A DNA stretch of 64,000 nucleotides, taken from assembly GCF_009914755.1 (NCBI RefSeq), contig NC_060927.1; one strand, 5' to 3'. Shown one piece after another: positions 28,672 to 44,748 of the stretch (positions within the stretch are counted from its first letter, which is position 1; every line of letters begins with the position of its first letter). The notes beneath the pieces were generated by a model. That model was not told the DNA's origin. It saw only the letters and a list, made by a program, of their open reading frames with translations, and did no database searches. The DNA comes from the human T2T-CHM13v2.0 reference genome, Homo sapiens. Both the position numbers and the translations under genes were made by a program.

Positions 28672-29232
28672 CTAAATTGCCAGTGTAGAGGAAAAGTCCT
28701 TTATCGTCTCTTTCTTTACTGTTTTTAATGATTTGACATTCATTACAAGTTTTAAAAAGTAGATGTGCTAATCTCTTCAGATATAATATGTTTAGCTGTT
28801 TCTTGTGACAGCAGTGGATTGTTGACAGAGCTTCTTCCTCAGTGTATTAGAGTAAAACTTGATGAGAATTTTTATTACTTGCAGGGAGTGGTGAACATTT
28901 TGGTTTATCTACATATGCTTGTGATTAATAAGAGTGATAGTTACATACAGATATTTTAAATTTTTGAATATTTCCCCATTAATTTAACTTGCTTTAGTTG
29001 GTCTTTCTGAATGCCATTATTTCCCAACATTACTTTTAAAAGATACTTAATATAGTTCACAAGTTGAGGTTTTGGGGAACTACTAATCATGATCATGTTA
29101 GATTTAGTTTTCTGTTGAGTTTGGTTTTCTTTTTTGTTGCCAGAGTGTTGAAATTTTACTTTATAAAATATTATTTAGATAGACATAAATCCCCATGTAT
29201 GCTAAATTTAAAATAATGAATTTCTTCTTTAG

Positions 29233-29338
29233 CTTCAAAAGCAGTGGACTGTCTTTTGGATTCAAAGTGGGCAAAGGCCAAGAAAGGAGAGGAAGCTTTA
29301 TTTACAACCAGGGAGTCTGTGGTTGACTACTGCAACAG
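29233..29338 (+). CDS. SEC62: SEC62 exon 3 (ASKAVDCLLDSKWAKAKKGEEALFTTRESVVDYCNR)
   Basis: Acceptor ttcttctttag|CT, donor CAG|gtactg; 106 nt. Confidence 0.97.
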
Positions 29339-30284
29339 GTACTGTTTATTTCTTAGTGAAGAATAACATAATAATTTTAAATTTTCTTCATAGTCCTGAA
29401 GCTCCTTACATCATTAAATGTAGTGATACTACAACATAACTCAAATACTGTTTTCACATGTAACCTGATTTCTTTGGTACCTCTGGAAATGTGTTTGGTA
29501 TTAGACTATTATACTTTTAACTGTATATAATTTTTATTTATGTTCTATTTTATATATTTGTGAGCCCTACTGAAGGGTCAGCAACAAAAGTCATATACCA
29601 GTGCCTACAGTAGAAAAGAAAGTTTTTTCTTTTGTAGAGCAAATTGGTTGAGGAGTCTTTTTTTCAAAACTTTTGCAGGAATTCCTATTAGCTGTGTTAC
29701 CGCTACTTTTTTAGTGCCTGCACCCTGAGCCATAAGCCTCATACCCTTTCCTATTTGGTTCAGTGTTTGCTAATGTAGTATTTCTTCTAAAATCAAGGAA
29801 GCTGCAACATCTACCTTATCTTTTTCTGAGAATTTCAAGATGAAATACAGCTAATTCAGTAATATACATATATTTTTCATAATAGATACTTTTTCTGTTT
29901 TGAAAAAACTTTTGATGTTAAGTGGTTTACCTAAAAGACAAAATCACCTTCCTTTTGGAAGGAAGTATGCTGGTTTTTCTTTCCATTTCTTTTCTTTTTT
30001 TTCTTGGTTTACTTAATACTAAGCATTTTCTTAATATATGTTAACTAAATTTTGTTTTCATAACACTAAAGCTTATCTTTTGGGATTTTAGATTATTTTA
30101 TGTGTACTAATATTTTATTTAATGGCACCTAAAGTATCAGCCACATAAGAACCCTCTTAAAAACCACTATTTCACAACCTGGTTTCTTAAGCTGTCAAGT
30201 TAAAGAATTATTGAATATTTCTTAAAATTCTTAGTTGCCAAAGACTAGAGGTTACTAACAGACCTTTTAGAAACAGTAGGTTTC

Positions 30285-30624
<340 letters not shown>

Positions 30625-30730
30625 CTAGTTAGAATTAGCTCCAGCAAGCATATATCCAGGGCAACTTGAATCTGCTCGTGGGGAAAAAATAAAAAGGTGA
30701 ATAGAATTAGCTCCACGGTACAAACTTCCA

Positions 30731-31126
<396 letters not shown>

Positions 31127-34100
31127 TTAAGTACTTTATCTAAGGCTACACAGCTAGCAAGTGGCAGATCTAGGGTTCTACATCTAGCAGCCTGTCTCCA
31201 CAGTCTGTGTTCTTAACTACCGCTCTATACTGTCTCCTCCAACAAAATGACGATGCATTTAATGGAGCTATTAGATCTGTAAGCCCAAATCTCTGAGTAG
31301 AGCAGCCAGTATGAATCCACATTTTTTGGCTTTTTAGGAGCCTTGGTACCTTGTTATTTGAAAAGCTCAAAAGACCTGAGTACAGAGAGTGTCCAAAGAC
31401 ACTCGATTTTCATTGTATACGCTCTTCCCACTGATGTCAGATTGTTTGAGTCCTTTCTGCACTAAAATAAATGAGAATAGCATAACTTTAAGGTCTCCAG
31501 AGCCACTTCTAATATAACCGTAGAGTCTTATTGGCCAGTTCTCATGAGTTGCTGCCCAATAGCAGACAAAATCACAAAGGGTCTCTTGACCAGTTTCTTT
31601 TTTTCTTTTTTTGGCATCCTCCAATACTGTCAGTTTTTCTGAGGCAGCTAAGTGGCATGAGGGAGTCTGAGGAAAAACAAAATAGGAAAATGTAGGATGA
31701 TAAAACAATCTTTTCTAATGTGATCTATACCTTTTTATGGCCTATATCATGAATGAACTCATACATACTAGGTTAAGTCTCCACAAGACTTTGTATCACT
31801 GACCCCCAATCCAGTTATGTCGTCCTCAGTCTTGTGCACATGCCACACTCATTTTTTCTTCTAGTCTTTTTCCTATCATAACTTGCCACTTTCCCTAAAC
31901 GGTTCTGTTTCCTCTGTCCCACCTGCCTCTCAAAATCACAAACAAATCCCTCAAGTCCTTCCTCTACCGAATGTACTCTTCCCCAGGCCCTCCAGCCTTC
32001 ATCAGCCTTTGTATCTAAAGTTCTACTGAGTTTATCAAGTTAGTACCTCCCAGTTTGGCCCTTAACTATTTTAGAATTGCTACATATGTGTGAGTTTTTT
32101 TAAAATCTCCTGCCAGCTAAATCTGAAAACAATTGTAAGACTGTTTTATACTTTATTGTAACTCCATAGCAATTACCACAGTGTGAGCACTTCATAAAAA
32201 CTCACCTTTGCCACATTGGTGGAAGTCCCCAACATGTCTGGCATTTAATAAATGTTTGTTAAATCTGAAAAAAAAATGGAAGTGAAGGAAAAAAATACAG
32301 AAGTAATTTTTTAAATGTTTTAGAAGCTGTTTTAAAACCACTTACTCAACAAATAGTCTAGGCTCCAGGAATACAATAATAACTATGACTTGGTCCCTAC
32401 ATCAAAACATATTCTGATCTGTTAGGGAAGATTTATAACTAATCACAATGCAGTGTGTTGAATAAGGAAGAGAGAGATGGTGAAACTATGAAGAATGACA
32501 TCACACAGAAAATGTTTTAAGTAAATTTTGAAACATAAATAGGTGATTACCCAACAAACAAGAGAAGAAAGGAAATTCATTCCAAGCAAAGGGCATAGAA
32601 CACACCGAGATAGGAAAGTATGAGTAGTTGTGTAAAAATGTCAGAGAGTTTTATGTTAGTAATGTGTTCTATGTCATGGGTTTAAAGCCAAACAAACGGA
32701 GGCTCTGATACTATACAAATGTTAAATAATGTCAGTCTCATCTTTCAACCTAATTGTGAAATTATTTTCAACACAATTTGATTGAAAGTTAATAATCTAC
32801 TTTTCTTTCGTGGGGGTGGGCAGCTGTGCAGGAAAATTGACAGAAGCAGATGATCCTGCTGGTTCTATTGCCTTCAGTATCTACTCATCAGGGAAAAGGC
32901 TTTTTTCTACTAAAGTTGCATTGTTTGTTTTTAAAATTCTTTATTAAGAATCATTTTTTCCACTAAAGTAAATTTAAGAAAATGGGAACTGTTGCAAATG
33001 ATTTAGAAGAAAATCCAAATTACTAATAATGTTGCTTCGTAGATAGCCAGCCACATTACCATTTGAGAATATATACTTCAAGTATCTGTATGTGTACACA
33101 TGTACTCTTAATATATGGACATGTATATTAACTGCATTATAAAATGCTGCTTTTTCAATTAACATATGAGGAACAGGATGTATTTTTATTTTCATTTGGA
33201 GTGGAAATAAATGTTCCTGAAAGAAAATCTGGAAATCATATAAGTGCACAAAGAAAATTAGAATATATTTTCATTATAGATTTTTTTTGTAAGACATTCT
33301 GGAGTAAAAAATGTAAGACTACACTTCATATTCAAATATGCCACTACTATTCTTAAATCCCACTTTGTACTCATAAGTAGTTAATCATTAAGGTCTCATT
33401 TCAGATTCTTGTTTGTTTATATATGTATATGTATTCATAGCAGATATGATGGTAGCATTTTGAGGGGCAGTTTGAACATTTGCACAATTATATGCACAAT
33501 CATATTTACATAATTTAAAAATAGCTCTTCCAAATAAGTAGTATGGGCCAAATGAGGAAACCTAGAAATTAGCTTTGTGGAAGTGCTCATAGGCTGGACC
33601 TAATTGGGGAGCAGATGGAAGCCCAGCCAGGCAGGTAAAACATAGAAACATAGGTGCTTCAGGGGACTGAACACAGTGACAAAAAGAAGTGGTTATCTGG
33701 GCAGGAAGAAAGCATCTAGTTAACAAGTGCTGTGATGTGCTGGAGCAGGCACCAGTGAGGTGTAAGTAGAAAGGTAGCTAGATAGTCACCATTAGCAGGC
33801 ACCAGTGGTGGTAGTGAGACGTAGCTTCTAGATTGTATTGTGGCAATTAGACATTATCAAAGCAGGAATGGAGAAACCAATCAGAAATTCTGAAACTAGA
33901 ACATGAGATTTGAAAAAGTGACTTTTAGATGACAAAAATAAGGGCAACCCAATTTCTTGAGTAGGATTGTAAGGTTAAAGAGAAACTACCAAGCAACGTT
34001 GACTTAATCTGGGGTCAGATAAAAAATGAATAAAGCAAGGATCTCTCTCTCTCTTAAGAAGTTTACCGTCTAGTGAAGGAGCAAACAACTACTACAAATT

Positions 34101-34993
34101 ATATAGTGAGTTAGAAGATAAGTGCTATGGATAGGGTAACAGGAAACGAGAGAATGGGAAGGTGGGCTTATGTTTTAAACAGAGTAGGTTGTGGTTGAGG
34201 GAAAACTTGAAGGAAGGGAGTGAAACAAAAGGACCTGCTTATTTGGGGGAAGAGCATTCTAAGTAAAGGGAACAGCCAGTGTGAAGGCCCTAAGGTGAGA
34301 ATATAAAATATAGTAATAACTGATAAAAAGAGAGAAAACAATCTATTTAGAGAGAAATTAGTGAAACCAGGAATACATCATGTTTTGCCAAATATATTGC
34401 ACATTTTTCAATTTGATGTTGTGCACGTCCTTTTCAGAGTCCAAAAATCTCACCTTAGTATATTTAATCATTGCTTAATTGAAGATAATCATTACAGTGG
34501 CACACTGAATTGCGAAGTACTTGGAGAAAAAATAACACCAAGAAAGCTGAAAAGACATTATTTGGACCCATCAAATCATCACTTTTAATCTGTTAACATT
34601 TCTTAAACTGTTTATTTTCTCCTTTCTTTATTACGTCAGCTCTTGCATTTGAGACTTAACATAAAGTGAAGCTGAGTCTTGATTATATGAACCCAGAAAG
34701 AGTCTTTATATGGATAATCTCAAACCTATAATCTCTTTTATACTTAAGGTACATCATTAAAAGTGAAAATTATATTGAATATCACTGAGTTTTGACAACT
34801 TTTATATAATTGACTGTAAAGTGTTTTGATTTAGTGGTAGAGTTGACTACTTTTTCACGGGCATACTAGTTGTAATTTCTCTTGTGTTGCTAATTTATGC
34901 CTTCCTTTGCTTATTTTATTCAGGTCTTGATATTTTTGCTTTTCAGTCTCTATCTATATGGGGAGTGTAATGCCATACCTGTTTTTCCCAAAG

Positions 34994-35198
34994 GCTTTTA
35001 AAGAAGCAGTTTTTTCACCGAGCCCTAAAAGTAATGAAAATGAAATATGATAAAGACATAAAGAAAGAAAAAGATAAAGGAAAAGCTGAAAGTGGAAAAG
35101 AAGAAGATAAAAAGAGCAAGAAAGAAAATATAAAGGATGAGAAGACAAAAAAAGAAAAAGAGAAAAAAAAAGATGGTGAAAAGGAAGAATCCAAAAAG
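34994..35198 (+). CDS. SEC62: SEC62 exon 4 (LLKKQFFHRALKVMKMKYDKDIKKEKDK...EESKK), Lys/Glu-rich
   Basis: Acceptor tttttcccaaag|G, donor AAG|gtgagt; 205 nt; keeps frame. Confidence 0.96.
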
Positions 35199-35447
35199 GT
35201 GAGTTAATCTAAAATTAAGTAAAAATTTAAAAATCATTATGTGCACATGAACACTACTGGCCTATGAGCACATTTAAGTATTATGCAACACCTACCTGAG
35301 ATAACTATATTAGAGTTGTTATAAATACCGTGGTTGAGAATTTTTATTTCTGTGTTACAAATAGTCAGTGAAAGTTTTTTGACTGTATGAACATCATATT
35401 TCTTGCTTACTTGTGTTATTTCTTCTGTCCAACTTGTGTTTTCATAG

Positions 35448-35540
35448 GAGGAAACTCCAGGAACTCCTAAAAAGAAGGAAACTAAGAAAAAATTCAAACT
35501 TGAGCCACATGATGATCAGGTTTTTCTGGATGGAAATGAG
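35448..35540 (+). CDS. SEC62: SEC62 exon 5 (EETPGTPKKKETKKKFKLEPHDDQVFLDGNE)
   Basis: Acceptor gttttcatag|GAG, donor GAG|gtgaga; 93 nt. Confidence 0.96.
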
Positions 35541-37514
35541 GTGAGAGTAAGCCTATAACTAGAAGTTCAGTTTTCTATAGGAGTTTTTAGAAAGATGTTT
35601 GATGCCTTCACTAATAAAAGGAAAAATTTTGAGAAATCTAATTATGCTCTTAAATGTATAAAAGCTACTCCATTTTTAAAAATCAATAATTTCTCTTATT
35701 TAGATTTTTAAAAGTCAGATTTGACTGTGAGTGATAGGAAACCTGAAATAAAAGCATCTTAATACAAAATAGATGCTTATTTCTTTTTTATCAGTGAAAT
35801 CTGTAGGTAAGCTGTACAGATACGTCAGCTCCATGGTGGATCCCAGCTCTTCTTTTCTCCTCTGTCTGAGGCTTCTAGCTAAGGTTACCTTATGGTCCAG
35901 AATGACTGCCAATCTTATATCTGCATCGAAAAGAGGAAAGGAGAGTGAAGAATATGTCTCCTCTTTAAGGAGACCAGTTTAAGGACACTGTCCAGAAAGC
36001 TGGTAATTTCATTTCTGCTTGAATTCCATTGGCCAGAACATAGTCACATGGTCATGCATATGAGAAGTAAAATCTTGGAAATGCACTTTTTATACAGGAT
36101 GATTATTTGCCCAGCCGAAATGTAGGGTTTCCATTATTATCAAAGAAAAAAGAGCAGAATAGGAGATAGCTACAAGTCTCTATCTCTTACAGAATGTAAG
36201 TCAGACACATCACTTGAGGGGCTTAAAATTTTTAACATTTCTTGATGCTTTATGCTTATCATTTGTAATGGAAGATTTGTATGGTGGTAGCCTTCCATAA
36301 AGACTGCTTAATTCAGTCACTTCACCAGTACGTAAACATGAGTTATATACTGGGCATTGAACTGTTGTGAATTTCAGGATATATCCTTTCCTGTTATACC
36401 TATACAATAGTAACATCTATAAAGTCATGGCTCCTAGGGTTGTGTGTTTGAAATTCTTACTTGCATGAGACTATCTAGAGTGGGATTGTGGGGGAGGATT
36501 ATATATCTATAATAAAGTGTCCTCAGGTGACTGATGTGAACCCCTTGTTGAGAACCACTGTAATAGAAATTTTTATTTTTATAGGCGTTGGGAATAGCTT
36601 GATAAGTAGGATAAAATCTCTTAATGGTCTAGCAAAGATACAGGCACTTAAACATGTTAATATAGTACAGTGTGGTAAGCATTAATGGTGTGAAAGCACC
36701 AGGTAGGAATAGTTAATTTAGTCAGGAAGGATAAGAAGGGTCTAAAGGACATTTGAGCTTAGACTTGAAGATGACTGGCAGATTGCCAGGCGTGCCAGGA
36801 AGGAGGTTAGGTCTGTTAGGGAAGGAAACAGCCTGAGCAAACGCATGGGTGCTTGGTATCCTGAGAAGCCTAGATTTTATTCTGTAGAAAGCAGCATGCA
36901 CTCCATAACTTTTAAAGTTGTGAAATATCTTTTTTAAAAAAACATGTTTTTTTAGAATGGAAACTGGCAGAAGTAATATCTGTGAATCTGATTCCCAAGG
37001 AAATGGGCAGAGTAAAATAAGAGGTTAAAGTGGAACCTCTGGTGTTAAAAATTGAAGAACCACGTTGGAAAGACAATAAAGAGTTCTGGTCAATATAGAA
37101 ATAAGAGGGAAGAGTACTGTTATTTATAGAAACTAAGAAATAAAACTGAGTTTTATGGATGAATGATCAAACAGAGTTCTGATCTGAATGAAGTAAATTT
37201 CTGTTGTGTAAAATAAGAGCCTGATAAAAGTAAATTAAGTTTTGAAGTAGTGGTTCCCAGCTTATGGGCCCTCCATGGAGGAGTAGGCAATGAAATTAAT
37301 ACAGTCATAGAGACTATGTTCACCAAGCATGATCTTTAATAATTGATCTTTGTGTCTTCTCAGGAGAGAAAAGTGTGGAGTTGAGTGATACTAGATCTGT
37401 AATAGGGCCTGGCTGGAATCTGTCTTAACTGCGCTTTTATCCCAGACTGGTTCATCATTACATTAGGGACAAAAAGGTTGGCAGTTGCTGGTGTTTTGGT
37501 TGAATAAATAATGA

Positions 37515-37825
<311 letters not shown>

Positions 37826-38091
37826 TCAAACAAATTTTTAAGTGTATGTAAGAACATACAAATTTACTTAAGTGCTTTATAGAATTTATAGTTATCCTAT
37901 AATCATTTTCTAGCGCCAGAAGAACCACTACTACTGAAGGAAAGATCTTTGGAATTTATTTACCTTAGAAATTACTTCTCGTATGTTAAGAGGTTGATGA
38001 CTGCTTTAAGGGACCTAAAATATAGAATTAAGCATTACTTTCTAATGTGACATTAGAACTTTTAAGCACCGAGGTTTCTTGATTCTTCTAG

Positions 38092-38152
38092 GTGTATGTA
38101 TGGATCTATGACCCAGTTCACTTTAAAACATTTGTCATGGGATTAATTCTTG
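38092..38152 (+). CDS. SEC62: SEC62 exon 6 (VYVWIYDPVHFKTFVMGLIL)
   Basis: Acceptor ttcttctag|GTG, donor TTG|gtaagt; 61 nt; Sec62-family YVWIYD motif. Confidence 0.97.
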
Positions 38153-39029
38153 GTAAGTAGTGAGATGTTAATAGCTATAAAGTGCAATCTAAAATTTAGA
38201 AAACAATATGCAGATACTGTAAAAGAAAATGTTCCTAAATTTAACATAAAATAGTTGTCATTTTAAAAATACTTTAAATAAAGTCAGAAGATAAATAATA
38301 CACTAAGGAAAATATTTGAAACATATTAAAGATCTTTTAAGAGATTAACAAACTGATAGAAAAATGGTCAAGGTAGTTAACAGATAAAGAAATACAATGA
38401 CCAATCATCATGAGTGATACTTAATCACACTCATATACAAATTAAAGCTGTAGTGATTAAGAGTCTTGCAAACCTTAACATTAAAGGTCTTAGAAAAAAA
38501 TCAGCTCTCTCTAACAGTTGATAGGTATGTCTATTGTTTTAATTTTTGTAAAGGGCAGTTTGTCAGTATCTTTGAAATTTTATGTGTCTGCAGTGACCCA
38601 GCAATTCTAGGCTGTTCCCATACAGTTGCACAAAGTGTGTGCATTGACACATTATCTGTTTTTTTCCAAATCCCTTAGACTATACTTGAGTATAATCTAG
38701 CAAATATCTTTCAAATTCAAAATGCTTATACCATTTGATCTAATAAATTCCACTTTAAGGAATTTACCCTATGCCATAATCACAGTTGCACAAACGTACA
38801 TGTGCAAGGATATTATACCTAGAATAGATAAAAAAAGAAAAGAAAGTTACAGACGAGTAAGAATAGTATAAGCTCATTTACTTATTTAGAAAAAAAGTCC
38901 CTGTAGCTAGTTAATTATATATAGGCAGTCTCTGAGAATACAGGTAAGCTTAATAGTACTTAACCTCTGGGAAGTGGAATAAGAATTAGATGAAGACTTA
39001 ATTTTCTCTATACCTTTTGATTTGCTTGT

Positions 39030-39272
39030 TTGTGACAGGGTCTCATTCCTGTCACCCAGGCTGGAATGCAATGGCACAATCATGGCTCACTGCAGCCCGA
39101 CTTGCTGGGGTCAGGTGATCTCCCACATCAGCCTACTGAGTAGCTGGAACTATAGGCACACTCCACTACACCCCGCTAATTTTTGTATTTTTTTGTAGAG
39201 ATGGGGTTTCGCCATGTTGCCCAGGCTGGTCTCAAACTCCTGGGCACTTGCCTCGTTGTCCCAAAGTGCTGG
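39030..39272 (-). mobile_element. AluJ (intron 6)
   Basis: Reverse Alu motifs, degraded 5' end. Confidence 0.8.
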
Positions 39273-39431
39273 GGGTTTGATTTGTTTTTGATTTGCTTTT
39301 TAACGTGTGTATTCCAGGAGGTTTTATGGGGAAAGAATGATTTAACAAACAGAAAAAAAAAAAATAGGTAGCAGTTAAAATAAGCTTGGTCAATATGGTA
39401 TGATAGGATCCCATTCAAAATAACTCTTTAA

Positions 39432-39720
39432 GGCTGGGCTCAGTGGCTCACACTTGTAATCCTAACACTTTAGGAGGCCAAGGCAGGGAGATGGCTTGAA
39501 TCCAAGGGTTCGAAACCAGCCTAGGCAACATGGCGAAACCTCGTTTCTACAAAAAATTAGCCGGGTGTGGTGGTTCACACCTGTAGTCCCAACTACTTAG
39601 AAGGCTGAGGTGGGAGGATCACCTAAGCTCAGGAGGTCGAGGCTGTCGTGAGCCAAGATCATGCCACTGTACTGCAGCCTGGGTGACAGAGTAAGACTCT
39701 GTTTCAGAAAACAAAAAGCA
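39432..39720 (+). mobile_element. AluJ (intron 6)
   Basis: TSD caaaataactcttt. Confidence 0.88.
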
Positions 39721-40346
39721 AAATAACTCTTTTATAATAAGAGTACTAGTCACTTTGCTAGATATTTTGCGTACAATATATCATTTCATCCTCACAACAA
39801 CCTTTGAAGAATAGGAAGAGACTTATTAAATATAAGGTAACTTAGCCTCAAAAGAGTTAAGTAACTTGCCCAGGGTTACATAGCTTATAAGTGATGGAGC
39901 TAGAATTTTAATCCTGGTCTTATTCTAAAGACCTAATAACCAGGCTTCTAATTTCTTATAATTCTTTCTTGTGTCCCCACTTTACTTGCAAAAAAACTGG
40001 AGACACTTGTAAACAGTTTCCCTAAGCACCAAAAAATACATCTGTAGCAGAAATCACCTGGGGAATCTTTCAGTCTGTGGATGTCAGAGCTCCACCCCAG
40101 AAGAAGAATCTCCAGAGAGGGGTCTTGGAAATCATTTTTTGTTGGCTTTGTTGTTCTGTTGTTTCTTTTAGCTCCCTTACTTAGTAGGCAAATATCTTAG
40201 TATTTTTTAAATAAAGTAGATATAGCTTGAAAAAGGGGGCAGTTGATAAATTAAGGAGGCAACAGTTTTGAATTTCTACATAGCATTTTTTTCTAATTAT
40301 ATGTAATTTACACTAATAAAAACTAGTTTAAGAATAGTATAAAATG

Positions 40347-40420
40347 TTAGGTTGAACAATATGAAATTGCTCATAATTGACCATTTTTTACCTATAAAAA
40401 TGGCAATTTTATATTTCACT
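40347..40420. mobile_element. MADE2 mariner MITE
   Basis: ttaggttgaacaatatgaaattgc...ggcaattttatatttca inverted-repeat structure resembles MADE2. Confidence 0.7.
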
Positions 40421-40526
40421 GTGTTTATGTTTCTCAGTTTTTCCCCCAGGGATATGTTTCTGTTAGTGCAGCCATACCATTTAAGTTTTTATTCTAAAAT
40501 TTAACTTTTGTCATTTCTTGTTCCAG

Positions 40527-40646
40527 TGATTGCAGTAATAGCGGCCACCCTCTTCCCCCTTTGGCCAGCAGAAATGAGAGTAGGTGTTTATTACCTCAGT
40601 GTGGGTGCAGGCTGTTTTGTAGCCAGTATTCTTCTCCTTGCTGTTG
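40527..40646 (+). CDS. SEC62: SEC62 exon 7 (VIAVIAATLFPLWPAEMRVGVYYLSVGAGCFVASILLLAV), transmembrane region
   Basis: Acceptor ttgttccag|TG, donor TTG|gtaagt; 120 nt; LFPLWP motif; lies within ORF 40508..40723. Confidence 0.97.
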
Positions 40647-40859
40647 GTAAGTATTGTTATTATAAAATTGACCTCAAGAAGGTTGGTATTGAGCAGTTGG
40701 ACTGTAATTTGGAGCTTCAGTAAAGCTTAAGAAAAATTAATGGAGGTAAATCAAGAAATATATGGTACTACTTTCTGAGTCAAATCTCAAAACTCAGGCT
40801 TGGTAAGATGTGTTCTGTCTGCAGAAAAAGGATTTAATACATCTTTAAAAAAATTTTTT

Positions 40860-41060
40860 AATAAGATTATTTTTTATTGACAGATCATAATTGTATACAT
40901 TTATGGGGTACAATGTGATGTTTTGGTGTATGTGTACAATGTGGAATGTTTAAATCAAGCTAATTAACATAATTAGCATATTGATCACCTTTCTTGCCTA
41001 TCATTTATTGTGAGACATTTGAAATTTACTTATTTTGAAATATACCATACATTATTATAT
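40860..41060 (-). mobile_element. L1MA 3' end fragment
   Basis: aattgtatacatttatggggtacaatgtgatgtttt...aatcaagctaattaacat. Confidence 0.75.
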
Positions 41061-41394
41061 CTTAATCTGCAAATAGATGTGCTTTAAAAATTAGTTATGG
41101 CAGAGGCGTTTAATATTTTTGCAGTGGTAGATCATTTATTAGACATAATACTTTCAGTAAAACATTTTTTAATTTTGACTTAGAACAAATGCAACATCTA
41201 AATAATCTATGCATATATTTAATAAATGATTCTAAACAATTGATTTGCCATTTTGGGAAAAATCAATAATTTTCACCCAAGTACCAAAATACTAGATGCA
41301 ATAAGGAGTTAATGTTTTAAAAATCAAATAGGAAAACATAAGTAAATGAATTTTCCGCATTTCTGGATGATTGGGGTCTTTCATAGATTATTTG

Positions 41395-42172
<778 letters not shown>

Positions 42173-42619
42173 TAAGCCTGTTTGAATTTAGTGTCAGTGT
42201 AATACCTGCATCAAGAAGGAAAAGTCATAAACTTTGATCTGACATTAGACATAATAAAATTGGTGCTTTTTGCCTTTCAAATTCCTGAAATTTAGAAACT
42301 CCTTGGAAATTTTTAGCAAAGGTTTAGCTCCACTGAATAGAATTATTCTACTTGCTTATTTTTAAATTAAACCAGTGTTCACAATAGTTTATGGTTATTA
42401 TGTAGTTTTGCTGTTTAAAATATTGTTTCTTCAGTAGTCTCTTTAAATAAATTTTCATTGTAAATATGCTGTGGATTTAAATATGCATTATGAACCAAAT
42501 AGTCTTCTGAATTATACCAGGAAACAAACCCAACATTTTATTTTGATTCTCTTAGAAAATGCAATTCCAAATATACTTTCAAATAATTAGATATTTCTTT
42601 TATATTATTCTTTGAAGTC

Positions 42620-42990
<371 letters not shown>

Positions 42991-43972
42991 GAAATATTAT
43001 GTATTGGTCACAATTATATCTGGTGTTTCTTTGAATATGCATTATTAATAATGCCATTTAAAATAAAACCTTTGGCAGTTTTCTAAAATCTGTCGCTTTT
43101 AGCATAGGAATGTTATTATAGTACATGTCACAGCTTCCCCATAATTCTTCCCTTTTCACTCTCGGTAATCTAGTGCCACATAGCGAAAAACTGTAAAACA
43201 TGAACATTTTGCCATACCATTTGTATGTGATAAGAAATTAGGTTAGTGCCATTTCTATATTGCTTTTTCTTTGGTTTGATACAAGATTTCATATTATGAA
43301 TCATCTGTCTTACAATCCTGTAAAACCTATCATTGCATCATAATTGGAGAAAAAAATGTACAGCCTCCTTAAATTCATTATCTCTGTTTATCAGTGGAAT
43401 TTATTCTTAAATCATAATTTTAAGCATATTTACCTTTTCCGTTTATACCACGAAAGATTCTAATGTGTACAGGAGTCTTTCAGAATATTTATATTCTTGT
43501 GAAAATAAAAATTGCTATTTTTAAAAGTCAAGACAGCTATAACGATTTTCTTCCATTTATACAAAGCAAAATAATGGAAGACACATAGATTAGCTTATTT
43601 CAGGCTTTATATGAAAACAGTGACAGAATTGTCTAAAGAAAACAAAAACCAAAACTCCTGTCATAATTGATTAGTCTGTAACATTCACATAATCATCATG
43701 ACCTTTTAAAAAACAGGAAAAAATCACTCAGCTCTACATAATTGGTAAATTCAGAGAAAACTAAATATTGGGGTTTGTGATAACTCATTACTACAAATTT
43801 TAAAATTCAAATTCCATTTTTCTACAGTTTTTTCATAATACAGTGTTATAAAAGAGTAAACCTTATGTATTTAAGTGATCTTGCTTTCATTAACATTGTA
43901 TTTTTCCTAATATTGAGAGGATTGGTCTTTAAGCAAAAATTACATAGTTTACCTAACTAATAAAACAAAAAG

Positions 43973-44748
<776 letters not shown>

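Noticed and set aside
35445-35450. TAGGAG tandem (NAGNAG) acceptor at exon 5
   Set aside because: GAG is rarely used as an acceptor, and the effect would be loss of a single Glu.
34954-35497. Phe/Leu-rich minus-strand ORFs that look like membrane proteins
   Set aside because: They are antisense shadows of the A-rich SEC62 exons 4-5.
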